Assembly (NCBI GenBank): GCA_945787735.1
Contig: CALZIQ010000003.1
Location: 9,513-73,512, forward strand
Source: an uncultured Chromatiaceae bacterium
GTDB taxonomy: Bacteria > Pseudomonadota > Gammaproteobacteria > Tenderiales > Tenderiaceae
DNA: 64,000 bases
Direction of reading: 5' to 3'
Part shown: in pieces, positions 50,652 through 60,828 of the stretch
Layout of the letters: each line of letters opens with the position of its first letter
How positions within the stretch are numbered: the first letter of the stretch is position 1
Made by a program: the position numbers and the translations under genes
The notes under the pieces: generated by a model
What the model saw: only the letters and a program-made list of their open reading frames with translations
Database searches by the model: none
Told to the model about the DNA's origin: nothing

Positions 50652-52871
50652 ATGAGTGGTAACGATATCAACCGCAGAGATTTCCTGAAGTTTATGGGGC
50701 TTGGTGGTGTTGGTGCGGCAACCCTGAGTGGTTGTGATATGCCGACAACCGTCACTCTCGAAGAAGGTAAAGAAGAAGTTGTTTCTTATCTTGCGCCTGA
50801 AGAATATTCGATTCCTGGTATTGGTGTTTGGTTTGCTTCCACCTGTCAGCAGTGTCCTTCTGGCTGTGGTGTGCATGGCCGGGTGCGCGAGGGTCGTGTA
50901 TTAAAGCTTGAAGGAAATCCAAATGCGTTGAATGGAAAGGGTCTGTGCCAAATGGGGCAGGCCAGTTTGCAAGGTCATTATAATCCTGATCGAATCATGC
51001 AGCCGATGGCTCGCAAGGGTGGTTCATTAGAGCCGGTCAGTTGGGAAGAAGCCTGGAAACTAATGCAAGAAAAGGTTTCCGGTGTTGCTCAAGGGCGCAG
51101 TGCCTGGTTTACCGGCACCGTAAGCGGGCATCAGGGCAAGTTGCTGGCGGCGTTGAACAAGGCCTGGGGCAGCAAAGAGCACTACGTATACGAAGCGATC
51201 AACAACACTGTCGGTGAAACAGTCAATGAAGCCGTGCTGGGTGATCCTGCACCTACTTACCGTTTAGATAAGGCTAAGGCTGTTTTGTCTTTCGGTGCCG
51301 ATTTTCTTGGCACCTGGATGTCTCCAGTTCACTTTTCGCGCGAGTATGTGAAATTCCGTACCGGTGATCGCGGTGTGCTGATTCAGGTTGAGCCAAAGAT
51401 GACATTGACTGGTGCCAATGCTGATCTTTGGGTGGCTGCTCGCCCTGGCACAGAAGGTGTGATTGCGCTGGGTATCGCCAATGTGCTGCTAACCAAGCAT
51501 CAAGCCAAAGGTAATGGTTTGTCGCAATCGGCTTTGGATGAAATTGCCAAGTACGATGTGAATAAGGTGACCGAGATTACCGGTGTGGGTGGTGATACGC
51601 TGGTTCGCATTGCAAACTATCTGAAAGACAATAGTCCAAGCCTTGTGCTTTCCGGTGAGTCTGCGCATAACCATGCAAATGGTTACCAGAATGCAATGGC
51701 AGCAATGATGCTTAATGTTCTGCTGGGCAATGTCGGCAAGACTATCGAAGCTTCAAACAGCATGGCATTTAATGACTTGAAAGCTAAGCGTGGCAATAGC
51801 CGTGCATTGCTTGATTTTGCCAAGGCTGTCGAAGCGGACAAATATGATGTTGTCTTTATGATGGGCGCGAACCCCGTATATACCGCACCAGATCATCTTG
51901 CCTTCAAGGAGAAACTGGCAAAAGTGCCCTTCAAGGTTGCTTTGTCTATGTTTCCTGACGAGACAACAATGGCTGCTGATCTTGTTCTGCCGCTGTCTTC
52001 ACCTTATGAAGAATGGGGTACGCACGTTGCGCCATACCAGCCAAAGAAAGCTGCTATCAGTGTGTCTCAGCCATTAATGAAACCTCTCAGTGCTGACACG
52101 GTTAGCCTGGGCGACATGCTGTTATCGATGCTGAAATATCATAATGTTGAGGCTTACAAGAAGTATGATGATTATTACGCTTATTTGCGTGAGGCATTGA
52201 ACGCTATGCCTGGTTCAGTCAAAGGCGGTAAAAGTGATGATGAGTTCTGGTCTGATTCGGTGCAACAAGGGTTTATCTCTGCACCTACATCAGGTGGGTC
52301 GCTGAAGGTTGGTCTTGGTGATGTCAGTCAGTCGGGTTATCAGGCGAGCAGTGACTTCCCATTCCATCTGGTTCCATCATCCAATCAAACCATGTATGAC
52401 GGCCGTAATGCCAATCTTCCATGGCTGCAGGAAGCGCCAGACCAGATCAGTAAAGTGTTCTGGGATTCATGGGCTGAGATTCATCCCAAGACGGCAGCAA
52501 AACTGGGTGTGAAAGAAGGTGATTTCATTCGTATCGAGTCTGATCAGGGGACGATCGAAGTGCAGGTCTATATCTTCAAAGGTGTGCACGTAGATGTGGT
52601 GGCGGTGCCTATGGGCCGAGGCCATGAAGAGTATGGACGTTATGCCAAAGGTGTGGGTGTTAATCCACTCAAAATTCTAAGCCCGGCTGTTGAAGGCAAG
52701 AGTGGCGAGCTGGCAACCCATGCAACACGTGTGCGTGTAAGCAAGACCGGTCGTAGTGCCGAGATGCCACGCTTGGGTGGTAGTGAACGCCAGGTGGGTC
52801 GCCGCCTGGTAAGCACTGTCTCTGCGGATGTTTTCAGAAGGACTGAGGGAGGCGGTAATAATGTCGCTTAA
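50652..52871 (+). CDS. actB: Alternative Complex III subunit ActB1 (molybdopterin-oxidoreductase-like, Tat-exported)
   Basis: Twin-arginine signal 'RRDFLKFMGLGGVGAA', an N-terminal Cys cluster 'CQQCPSGCGVHG' and MopB-like architecture. Confidence 0.85.
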   Translation: MSGNDINRRDFLKFMGLGGVGAATLSGCDMPTTVTLEEGKEEVVSYLAPEEYSIPGIGVWFASTCQQCPSGCGVHGRVREGRVLKLEGNPNALNGKGLCQMGQASLQGHYNPDRIMQPMARKGGSLEPVSWEEAWKLMQEKVSGVAQGRSAWFTGTVSGHQGKLLAALNKAWGSKEHYVYEAINNTVGETVNEAVLGDPAPTYRLDKAKAVLSFGADFLGTWMSPVHFSREYVKFRTGDRGVLIQVEPKMTLTGANADLWVAARPGTEGVIALGIANVLLTKHQAKGNGLSQSALDEIAKYDVNKVTEITGVGGDTLVRIANYLKDNSPSLVLSGESAHNHANGYQNAMAAMMLNVLLGNVGKTIEASNSMAFNDLKAKRGNSRALLDFAKAVEADKYDVVFMMGANPVYTAPDHLAFKEKLAKVPFKVALSMFPDETTMAADLVLPLSSPYEEWGTHVAPYQPKKAAISVSQPLMKPLSADTVSLGDMLLSMLKYHNVEAYKKYDDYYAYLREALNAMPGSVKGGKSDDEFWSDSVQQGFISAPTSGGSLKVGLGDVSQSGYQASSDFPFHLVPSSNQTMYDGRNANLPWLQEAPDQISKVFWDSWAEIHPKTAAKLGVKEGDFIRIESDQGTIEVQVYIFKGVHVDVVAVPMGRGHEEYGRYAKGVGVNPLKILSPAVEGKSGELATHATRVRVSKTGRSAEMPRLGGSERQVGRRLVSTVSADVFRRTEGGGNNVA

Positions 52872-53706
52872 GAACATTCTTGAAAACTGGTCTCATTATC
52901 GTCGAGGCCATGAAGAAGGCGGTCACCATGACTACGAGCATATGTGGGGCATGGCGGTTGACCTGAATAAATGTACGGGTTGTAACGCTTGTTCTGTCGC
53001 TTGTTATGCCGAAAACAATTTGCCAACCGTTGGTAAAGAACGGATGAGAAAAGGGCAGGGCATGCACTGGTTGCGTGTGGAGCGCTACTGGGATGAGCCA
53101 GAACTAGGCGGTGAAGAAAAAGAGTATCAGGAGCGTGGTGGCAGCTTTTTGCCAATGATGTGTCAGCAGTGTAATGCAGCGACATGTGAGCCTGTTTGTC
53201 CGGTTGCAGCAACTTACCATACACCTGACGGTTTGAATGCTCAGGTTTATAACCGTTGTATCGGTTCGCGCTATTGCTCAAATAACTGCCCTTACCGTCT
53301 GCGTTACTTTAACTTCTACTCTTATTATGAAGAGTCATGGCCTGAGCCGCTCAATATGCAGCTCAATCCGGATCTCAGTGTTCGTGATAAGGGTGTAATG
53401 GAGAAGTGCACATTCTGTGTTCAGCGTATTCGCACAGGTAAAGACACTGCCAGACGTGAAGGCCGTGAGGTGCGAGATGGTGATGTAATCACAGCCTGCG
53501 CGCAAACATGTCCGACTGAAGCGATTGTCTTTGGTGATTTGATGGATAAAGACGCAAAAGTCACCAAGATCTGGAAGATGCAGCAAGTTGAACTTGGCAA
53601 GGCTGAGCAAAACAAGGCTGATCCAGAACTACGTGGATATCGTGTGCTTGAAGGTTTGAATACGGATCCCTGTGTGACGTATTTGGATCGTGTGCGCGAA
53701 GTTTAA
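52861..53706 (+). CDS. actB: Alternative Complex III subunit ActB2 (4Fe-4S ferredoxin-type iron-sulfur subunit)
   Basis: Four Cys clusters: 'CTGCNACSVAC', 'CQQCNAATCEPVCP', 'CIGSRYCSNNCP' and 'CTFC...CAQTCP'. ATG 52861 overlaps actB1 by 11 nt. Confidence 0.85.
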   Translation: MSLKNILENWSHYRRGHEEGGHHDYEHMWGMAVDLNKCTGCNACSVACYAENNLPTVGKERMRKGQGMHWLRVERYWDEPELGGEEKEYQERGGSFLPMMCQQCNAATCEPVCPVAATYHTPDGLNAQVYNRCIGSRYCSNNCPYRLRYFNFYSYYEESWPEPLNMQLNPDLSVRDKGVMEKCTFCVQRIRTGKDTARREGREVRDGDVITACAQTCPTEAIVFGDLMDKDAKVTKIWKMQQVELGKAEQNKADPELRGYRVLEGLNTDPCVTYLDRVREV

Positions 53707-53758
53707 GCTGGGCAAGGGCTATTTAGTAAGGCCATACAAATAAAACGTGGTGTGACCT

Positions 53759-55168
53759 ATGCAAACAAAAGATATTAATGAAAATATAGCTTGGGCTAAG
53801 ATCAACGAGGACGTGCTCCGCAGTATGGAGAATCCTCGGATGGGCTACTGGATCGCTGTGGTGTGTTGTGTTGCCATGGTGATGTGTGCAGTGGTTGCTG
53901 AGATCTATCAGTACCAAGTAGGGATGGGGCCGGCTAATCTTAACTGGCCGCACATGTGGGACCTTTATATTGCAACCTTCGTATTCTGGATTGGCATGAG
54001 CCATTCCGGGACATTGTTGTCTGCGATTCTTCATATTATCCAAGCCGACTGGCGTAAACCGATTTACCGGTTTGCCGAGGCGATGACCACATTCTCGCTG
54101 ATGACAGCGGGTCTGTTTCCAATCATCCATTTGGGTCGAGTCTGGAATATGTACTGGGTACTGCCTTACGTGTCTGATCGTGGCATCTGGCCGAACTTTC
54201 GTTCACCGCTAATCTGGGATGCCTTTGCGATTACAACGTATCTGACGTCGTCAGCACTGTTCCTGTTCATCGGGATGGTTCCTGACTTGGCGATCTGTCG
54301 TGATAATGCGCGCGGCTGGCGCCAGAAGTTGTACACCGTGCTGTCACTTGGCTGGCAGGGGGACGACCGTCAATGGCGTAACTTCCGTAAGATCTATCTG
54401 TTGATGGCGTGTTTCCTGATTCCGCTGGCGGTATCGGTTCACTCCATCGTATCGGCTGACTTTGCCATGTCGATCATGCCTGGCTGGCACATTACCTCAT
54501 TCCCTCCCTACTTCGTAGCGGGTGCTTTGTATTCTGGTTGTGCGGCGATCATCACCCTGTTCATCATCTTGCGTTACTTCTTCCGTTTTGATGAATACAT
54601 GACGATTCCGATTCTGGAAAAGACTTGTAAGTTGACTTTCGCCATTGCGATGGTGTGGAGCTACCTGACCCTGATCGAGTTCGCCTCAGTTTGGTACGGT
54701 CATGACATGGTTGCTAAAGAGTCGCTGATGGAAAGGTTTGTTGGACCCTATTCACCCTTCTTCTGGTTGATGTTGTTCTGCGGGATTGTTGCGCCGTTCG
54801 CCTTGGCCTTCGAGAAGCTGCGCAGGCATCTACCCACTATGTTTGTTGTGTCCTTGGTGCTTAATCTTGGTATGTGGCTTGAACGCTGGATGATTGTTAC
54901 GCCAACACTGGCGACCTCATACCATCCGTTCGCCTTCGATACCATGTGGCCGAGTATGGTTCAGTGGGCAATCGTGTTTGGTAGCTTTGGCTGGTTTGGT
55001 TTGTTGTTCCTGGTCTTCGTTAAGGTCTTCCCTTCGGTGTCCATGTACGAAGTCAAGGAGATGGTGTTCCATCGTCGTCACTACCATAGCCCAGAATTGG
55101 CAGCTCAGTTTAATCGTCGTGCGAGTGATAGTAGCGCCGGGGATGAACCGAGTAGAGAAGGAGCATAA
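53759..55168 (+). CDS. actC: Alternative Complex III subunit ActC (NrfD/PsrC-like quinol-interacting membrane subunit)
   Basis: 469-aa polytopic protein with NrfD-like 'FVFWIG.SH.G' and 'W.S.L....F'. Its position is after the Fe-S subunit. Confidence 0.85.
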   Translation: MQTKDINENIAWAKINEDVLRSMENPRMGYWIAVVCCVAMVMCAVVAEIYQYQVGMGPANLNWPHMWDLYIATFVFWIGMSHSGTLLSAILHIIQADWRKPIYRFAEAMTTFSLMTAGLFPIIHLGRVWNMYWVLPYVSDRGIWPNFRSPLIWDAFAITTYLTSSALFLFIGMVPDLAICRDNARGWRQKLYTVLSLGWQGDDRQWRNFRKIYLLMACFLIPLAVSVHSIVSADFAMSIMPGWHITSFPPYFVAGALYSGCAAIITLFIILRYFFRFDEYMTIPILEKTCKLTFAIAMVWSYLTLIEFASVWYGHDMVAKESLMERFVGPYSPFFWLMLFCGIVAPFALAFEKLRRHLPTMFVVSLVLNLGMWLERWMIVTPTLATSYHPFAFDTMWPSMVQWAIVFGSFGWFGLLFLVFVKVFPSVSMYEVKEMVFHRRHYHSPELAAQFNRRASDSSAGDEPSREGA

Positions 55169-55170
55169 TC

Positions 55171-55698
55171 ATGAAGCGTTATTATGTGATGGGATTGTTC
55201 AGTAACTTTGAAGAAGCGTTTGCGACAATCTCAGATATTCGTCAGCATGCAATTCCAGGCGTGTCAGTGGATGATGTCACACTGAAATCACCAATCGAAC
55301 ACCCCGAGATTGAAGAGGTGCTGGGTGATCGTGGATCACCGGTACCAAAGTTCACTCTGTTTGGGGCGATTTTTGGAATCTGCTTTGGCTTTCTGTTTCT
55401 CGCGTCTGCCCAGGCAACATTCCTGGTACAGCCTGCAGGTGGTAAGCCGGTGATTCCACTACCGTCAAACATCGTACTAACCTACGAGATGTTGATCTTG
55501 TTTGGTGTGATCTCGACCTTGATAGGTTTTCTCATCAGCGCACGTCTGATGACCAAGCGTCATCCGCTGTATTCAGAAAAGGTGAGTCTTGACCAGGTGG
55601 GTGTAATGCTTGAGCTGGATGAAAAGAACGTTGATCCAATCAAAAATCTGTTCAAGAAGCACAAGGTTTTGGAAATTCGTGAAGAGGTGTCGCAATGA
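55171..55698 (+). CDS. actD: Alternative Complex III subunit ActD (DUF3341)
   Basis: 175 aa: a soluble N-terminal domain, two TM helices and a C-terminal domain. Position and size match ActD. Confidence 0.75.
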   Translation: MKRYYVMGLFSNFEEAFATISDIRQHAIPGVSVDDVTLKSPIEHPEIEEVLGDRGSPVPKFTLFGAIFGICFGFLFLASAQATFLVQPAGGKPVIPLPSNIVLTYEMLILFGVISTLIGFLISARLMTKRHPLYSEKVSLDQVGVMLELDEKNVDPIKNLFKKHKVLEIREEVSQ

Positions 55699-56234
55699 GA
55701 TTAAAGACGTTAATCGCAGGTGCGATGATGATGCCAGCTGTGGCACTTGCCTGGCCGTGGTCGACCGATATGATGAACCAACCAAGCATTAAGCCTCAAG
55801 AAGGTACGATGTTGAACTTCCCGGAGCGGTCGATTCCAGTCGGAGGCATGCCTACGAAAGTCGCAGATCGTGAAGCGGCTAAGAGTTTGGTTAACCCTAT
55901 CAAGGCAACTGAAAAATCAATTGCTGAAGGGCGTACCCTATACAAAATTTATTGTGCGACATGTCATGGTATGACAGGCGCGGCTGATTCACCTGTGGGT
56001 GGAAAGATCGGTGCAATTGCGCTGAATGACAGCTATGTCCAGGAAAGTCTGACCGAAGGCTGGGTCTGGGGCACGGTAACCTTTGGTAGTTACGTGATGC
56101 CAGCATATGGCATACCCCAGGGTAAGCGTGGTTCCAACGACCTGAATGTTGAAGAACGTTGGCATGTGGTGAATTACATCAAGCATGGTTTGGTAAAAGA
56201 CCATATGGCGGCTTCAACGGCTGCAGCTAAGTAA
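55695..56234 (+). CDS. actE: Alternative Complex III subunit ActE (monohaem cytochrome c)
   Basis: Signal peptide and a single 'CATCH' haem motif; 4-nt overlap with actD. Confidence 0.8.
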   Translation: MRLKTLIAGAMMMPAVALAWPWSTDMMNQPSIKPQEGTMLNFPERSIPVGGMPTKVADREAAKSLVNPIKATEKSIAEGRTLYKIYCATCHGMTGAADSPVGGKIGAIALNDSYVQESLTEGWVWGTVTFGSYVMPAYGIPQGKRGSNDLNVEERWHVVNYIKHGLVKDHMAASTAAAK

Positions 56235-56278
56235 TTCAGTGGATCAATCTAATTTAAAGATAGAAAACAGAGGCTAGC

Positions 56279-57310
56279 ATGGAAAACTTCGGTTTCTGGT
56301 CGGTACTAATCACCAATTTTTTGTTTGTGCTGTATCTGGCACTCGGTGGGGTGACTTTGTCGGCTGTATTGCACTTGACTAATGGCAAATGGCGCTTTCA
56401 GGTAAGAGGTCTTGCCTGTTCATTGGCGGTGCTTTTCCCAGTCGCATTTTTGCTGTTGTTGATTATTCTGACAGCAGGCGAGTCAGCCTTCCCGTGGTTG
56501 GCGCATGCGCACGACGAGGGACATCATCTGCCGGGTTGGCATAACTACGGCTTTTTGGTGGCGCGTAATATCATTGGATTGCTCCTGGTTTCAGGGTTGT
56601 ATTTGCTATTTATCAAATGGCAGCATGAGTCAACAGTCGATAGTTCGCCTGAAGCGCAGCGTCGTTTTCGCAACATTGCCTTGTTGATACCATTTGCCTA
56701 TTTCCTTTATGGCTCAATGGTTGCGTGGGATTTTGAAATGACAATGCTGCCGAGCTGGCATAGTGCTAGTTATGGTGCTTACCATTTTCAAAGTAACTTC
56801 CATATGTTCTTGGGCTTCTTTACCATCTTCCTGTTCTTCTTAAATCGTTCAGGCAAGCTGGTAAATCAGTTTGAAGGCTATATCTTCAACTTCATGGCTC
56901 AGTTCATGCTCGCAATGACAATCTTGTGGACATACCTCTACTTCACCCAATACCTAATCATGTGGTATGGCCGTCTGCCGTCAGAGATGGACCGTTATTT
57001 CGCCATGATGACGGAGATGGGTGGTATGTGGTGGTTGTTCCTAACGCTCAAGTTCGTCATTCCATTCTGCACTTTGGCGATCACACCGAACCGCCACAAT
57101 CCTCCAGTGATTGTGATGGTGGCTGGTAGTATCGTTCTGGGTACATGGATTGAGCGTTATACCTGGATCTCTGGTTCTGTGGCGAATGAGTATACCCACA
57201 CACCAATGTCATCAATTGCTGATATTGGTGTGACAGCGGTGGTGATTATTGCTAGCTGGTTCGCCGTAAGGTGGAGTCTGACTCGATATGGTCTGATTCG
57301 CAGTAATTAA
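56279..57310 (+). CDS. actF: Alternative Complex III subunit ActF (second NrfD-like membrane subunit)
   Basis: 343-aa polytopic protein; last gene of the cluster, followed by a terminator. Confidence 0.75.
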   Translation: MENFGFWSVLITNFLFVLYLALGGVTLSAVLHLTNGKWRFQVRGLACSLAVLFPVAFLLLLIILTAGESAFPWLAHAHDEGHHLPGWHNYGFLVARNIIGLLLVSGLYLLFIKWQHESTVDSSPEAQRRFRNIALLIPFAYFLYGSMVAWDFEMTMLPSWHSASYGAYHFQSNFHMFLGFFTIFLFFLNRSGKLVNQFEGYIFNFMAQFMLAMTILWTYLYFTQYLIMWYGRLPSEMDRYFAMMTEMGGMWWLFLTLKFVIPFCTLAITPNRHNPPVIVMVAGSIVLGTWIERYTWISGSVANEYTHTPMSSIADIGVTAVVIIASWFAVRWSLTRYGLIRSN

Positions 57311-57332
57311 CAAACTCTTTAAGTAACAAAAT

Positions 57333-57366
57333 AAAAGGCGGAACATATGTCCCGCCTTTTTTTATT
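57333..57366 (+). terminator. Rho-independent terminator of the act operon
   Basis: AAAAGGCGGAACAT/ATGTCCCGCCTTTT is a near-perfect palindrome followed by TTTTTTTAT. Confidence 0.8.
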
Positions 57367-57519
57367 CTCGGTGTAAAGTGCTAGGGTTCCGTTTGTGTCC
57401 TTTTGGGAAAAAATTCAGGGGTGTTGATGTCCAATGCCGTGAGGTGAGATATGGTTTCGAAATCAATAATATTAATGCTCACATTTGCTTGCGTCATTAA
57501 AAAGTAGTGGGCAGCGGTG

Positions 57520-58224
57520 ATGCTGTATGACGAAGCCAAAAAAATAATCTTGCATGATGATCATGCAAGATTATTTCAGCAGAGATATCGCTATTTGCTG
57601 ATGACTCAATTTGTTTTCGTCGTTTGGTATTCTTTGTTGGAAGGCATGGTCGGCGTGATGTACTTGTTGGAACTCACACTGGTTGCAACCTTGTTGGCCG
57701 GGGTTTTCGTCGCGACTATCAAGCGTAGGCAATTTGTTATTGCGGTGATGCTGGCTTCGGTGTTGATATTGTCGCGCTGGTCTGCCATTGCAACTTCAAC
57801 AGATGTTCTGTATTTAATAAGCTATGCTGCCGGTGCGGCTTTCTTCCTATATATCGTGGTAATTGTTACATTCGATATCTTCACCCGCTCTGAAAAAGTC
57901 ACTGTTGATCTAATCTATGGTGCGGTGAGTGTGTATTGGTTGCTGGGCCTGGTCTTTGCTTTTATTTATGTGTTGCTTGAAGTGTTTTTTCCGGGCTCAT
58001 TCATAGGTAATAAGCTGGAGGCCGATTCAATAGGATCGTCTCTGTCTTCATTTGTCTATTTTAGTTTTGTGACTTTAACGACCCTTGGTTATGGTGATAT
58101 TTCACCTCTGAGTCGTGTGGCAGGTGTGCTTTCATATTTGGAAGCGATCTTGGGGCAGTTGTATCTTGCGATTATGGTTGCCCGATTGGTGGGTATGTAT
58201 TTGGTGCACTCTCAAACAAAGTAG
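57520..58224 (+). CDS. Small potassium-channel-family protein (Ion_trans_2, no RCK domain)
   Basis: Selectivity-filter signature 'TLTTLGYGDISP' between two C-terminal TM helices, with extra N-terminal TM segments. Confidence 0.8.
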   Translation: MLYDEAKKIILHDDHARLFQQRYRYLLMTQFVFVVWYSLLEGMVGVMYLLELTLVATLLAGVFVATIKRRQFVIAVMLASVLILSRWSAIATSTDVLYLISYAAGAAFFLYIVVIVTFDIFTRSEKVTVDLIYGAVSVYWLLGLVFAFIYVLLEVFFPGSFIGNKLEADSIGSSLSSFVYFSFVTLTTLGYGDISPLSRVAGVLSYLEAILGQLYLAIMVARLVGMYLVHSQTK

Positions 58225-58237
58225 CTTTATCTACATT

Positions 58238-59110
58238 TTAGCGCGATGACGAAATGGCGACGCCTTTGGCGTTGTGCTCTAGCCAGCCAGAAATTCGTTT
58301 TACTAGGATTTGATCAGCGCCGGAAAAGTCATGGCTGGCACCATTAATTTTGATTTGCCGGTATAAGATATAGCCTAGCCGGTTTTGAGTGTCACTTGTG
58401 GCCATGGCAGAACGTTTGAATGCGTTTATGCGATTTTGGCGGGTTGATGCATCACTTGAAATTTTCGCAGCCAAAGCGCGTTTCTTTGCTGTCGAGGCGA
58501 TGTGATCAAGGTCTTGGCTGCCATATATATCCAGTATAGGCAGACTGATTTTCTCAAGTTTGCTAGTAATGGTTTCGGCTTTGTCCTCCCGTTCTATAAC
58601 GCCAAGACTCACCGCAACAAATGCGCGGATTGAATCGTTTTTCTGATCAGCTAAATATGCAGTCGCCGCCATGGCGCCTGTGCCGTGACCAAGCAGGGCC
58701 AGGTTGTTTAAGCCTTTGTTACGCATGTAGGTGATCGCGGCATCGATGCGCTTGTTGATTTGAGTTTGTTTGTCGATGTAGTCGGCGCTGTTTGCAAGTG
58801 CGGGCAGGTGAATTGCCAGCGTGGGCCATCCATGCTCGGGCATTTTTTTTCGTAGAGGCTGGATCACTTCGGGTTTGTCGGGGTGGCTACCAGCATCGTG
58901 CAGCAGAATAATACCGCCTTTGGGTTGTCCAGTTTGGTCGGCATTAAATATGGCGAAGAATTTACTAGCATCTGCATCTAGCCAGAGTGGTTCACCATTC
59001 TCGAGTCCCGCTTCCAGCAACTTACCCTGGGCTTGATCTGAGTTACTAGCGGCATGGCTGGTGCTAGCCAGTGTCAGCATGCTGAACAGCAGACAGAAAA
59101 GTATGTTCAT
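58238..59110 (-). CDS. Secreted alpha/beta-hydrolase-fold protein (DUF3530-like)
   Basis: Signal peptide '[20 protein letters not shown]', 'GGIILLHD' and nucleophile-elbow-like 'GHGTGA'. The track ORF extends to 59257, but that extension lacks signal-peptide features. Confidence 0.6.
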   Translation of the reverse strand: MNILFCLLFSMLTLASTSHAASNSDQAQGKLLEAGLENGEPLWLDADASKFFAIFNADQTGQPKGGIILLHDAGSHPDKPEVIQPLRKKMPEHGWPTLAIHLPALANSADYIDKQTQINKRIDAAITYMRNKGLNNLALLGHGTGAMAATAYLADQKNDSIRAFVAVSLGVIEREDKAETITSKLEKISLPILDIYGSQDLDHIASTAKKRALAAKISSDASTRQNRINAFKRSAMATSDTQNRLGYILYRQIKINGASHDFSGADQILVKRISGWLEHNAKGVAISSSR

Positions 59111-59338
59111 CACTGCAGTTACACGGTTTTTTCTATTAAAACAATGGCTTGGGAGGCCGGGGCCGTTATTGCCAGAGCTGGCTGTCGACTTTGCTGCGTG
59201 TTGCGCGATTTTATGTCGAAAATTCATAGGGTTAATTACGTGAAAAAAAAGGCTCAATCGGTTAAAGTTAGCGGCTATTTGCCCCCAGGGCTTAAGTTTT
59301 ACCGAATCATTCGTAACTATATAAAGAGGTCTCTAGCC

Positions 59339-60031
59339 ATGCCAGATTACAAAATCGCCCCTTCGATTTTGTCAGCCGATTTTGCCCGTTTGGGTGAAGA
59401 AGTTGTTGATGTATTGAACGCCGGTGCTGATATCGTCCACTTCGATGTCATGGACAATCACTATGTGCCCAACCTGACGATTGGTCCGCTGGTATGTGAA
59501 GCCCTGCGTAAACATGGTGTAACCGCCGACATCGATGTGCATTTGATGGTTAAGCCGGTGGATCGCATTATTCCTGATTTTGCCAAGGCCGGTGCAAGCT
59601 ATATTACGTTTCACCCGGAAGCTTCAGAGCATGTTGACCGCACCCTGCAACTTATCAAGGGTGAAGGTTGCAAAGCTGGTCTGGTATTCAATCCAGCCAC
59701 ATCATTGGATGTGCTGAACTACGTTATCGACAAAGTTGATGTGGTGTTGCTGATGTCGGTTAACCCAGGCTTTGGTGGACAAAGTTTTATTCCTGCCACG
59801 CTGGATAAACTACGTGAAGCGCGCAAGATAATCGACGCGTCTGGTCGTGACATTCGCCTGGAAATTGATGGTGGTGTGAAGGTCGATAACATCCGCGAAA
59901 TCGCTGAAGCCGGCGCCGATATGTTTGTTGCCGGTTCCGCTGTATTCGGTGCTGCCAAAGACAGCGATGCAAATAAATACGACACTGTGATTGGCGCCAT
60001 GCGCGCAGAGCTGGCCAAGGCAGATCAGTAA
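59339..60031 (+). CDS. rpe: Ribulose-phosphate 3-epimerase
   Basis: '[16 protein letters not shown]', '[12 protein letters not shown]', '[11 protein letters not shown]' and 'DGG'. Start at ATG 59339. Confidence 0.95.
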   Translation: MPDYKIAPSILSADFARLGEEVVDVLNAGADIVHFDVMDNHYVPNLTIGPLVCEALRKHGVTADIDVHLMVKPVDRIIPDFAKAGASYITFHPEASEHVDRTLQLIKGEGCKAGLVFNPATSLDVLNYVIDKVDVVLLMSVNPGFGGQSFIPATLDKLREARKIIDASGRDIRLEIDGGVKVDNIREIAEAGADMFVAGSAVFGAAKDSDANKYDTVIGAMRAELAKADQ

Positions 60032-60033
60032 AT

Positions 60034-60705
60034 ATGGCTTTAAATGGTAAACCAAAACTTGTCTTGATTGATTTGGACGGCACACTGGTGGACAGCGTGC
60101 CGGATCTTGCCTATTGCGTCGACGAGATGATGAAGGTGCTGGGCAAAGCGCCCTGGGGTATCGACAAAGTACGTACCTGGGTAGGCAATGGCGTTGATCG
60201 CTTGGTGATGCGCGCCCTGACCGATACGCTGTGGGACGATCCTTCTGAAGAAGTTTTCAACCAAGCGCAGCCAATCTTTATGGATCTGTATGCAAAAAAC
60301 ACCAGTGGCCGTAGCTGTCTCTATGATGGTGTGGTTGAAGGCATCGATTACCTCAAGGCAAACGGTTTCAAGGTGGGCTGTGTCACCAATAAGGCCGAAG
60401 CCTTTACCGTGCCGCTGCTGAAAGACATGGGTATTTTCAACAAGTTCGATATCGTCGTTAGCGGTGATACCACGCCGAAGAAAAAGCCTGATCCCATGCC
60501 CTTGCTCTATGCAGCTGAGAAGATGGGAGAGCAGCCGGCCGACTGTCTGATGGTAGGTGATTCCATGCATGATGTGGAAGCTGCACGCAACGCAGGTTTT
60601 GCTGTGGTGAGTGTGCCTTATGGTTATAACCACGGCATCGATATTCGTGAAGCCAATCCAGATGCTGTGATAGACTCGCTGGCAGAACTAAAAAATCTAA
60701 TCTAA
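60034..60705 (+). CDS. gph: Phosphoglycolate phosphatase (HAD superfamily)
   Basis: 'LIDLDGTLVDS' and 'VGDS..D..AAR.AG'; synteny rpe-gph-trpE. Confidence 0.88.
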   Translation: MALNGKPKLVLIDLDGTLVDSVPDLAYCVDEMMKVLGKAPWGIDKVRTWVGNGVDRLVMRALTDTLWDDPSEEVFNQAQPIFMDLYAKNTSGRSCLYDGVVEGIDYLKANGFKVGCVTNKAEAFTVPLLKDMGIFNKFDIVVSGDTTPKKKPDPMPLLYAAEKMGEQPADCLMVGDSMHDVEAARNAGFAVVSVPYGYNHGIDIREANPDAVIDSLAELKNLI

Positions 60706-60828
60706 ATAGATCAAAGATCAATGACTCTTGCCCGACAAAGACAAACCAAGATGAATCCTGCAGGTAAACGATGGTGAAGCCACGTTTGCTTGGGGATTGA
60801 TTTGGTTTTGTATTTGATAAGGTAATGT

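Noticed and set aside
60040-60633. 197-aa minus-strand ORF
   Set aside because: It is antisense to gph, whose HAD motif 'DLDGTLVDS' is on the + strand. It is a His-rich shadow frame.
60751-60777. 8-codon mini-ORF 'MNPAGKRW*' upstream of trpE as a possible trp leader peptide
   Set aside because: It has a single Trp codon, no Shine-Dalgarno, and I could find no terminator/antiterminator alternative hairpins downstream. It is not convincing as an attenuator.
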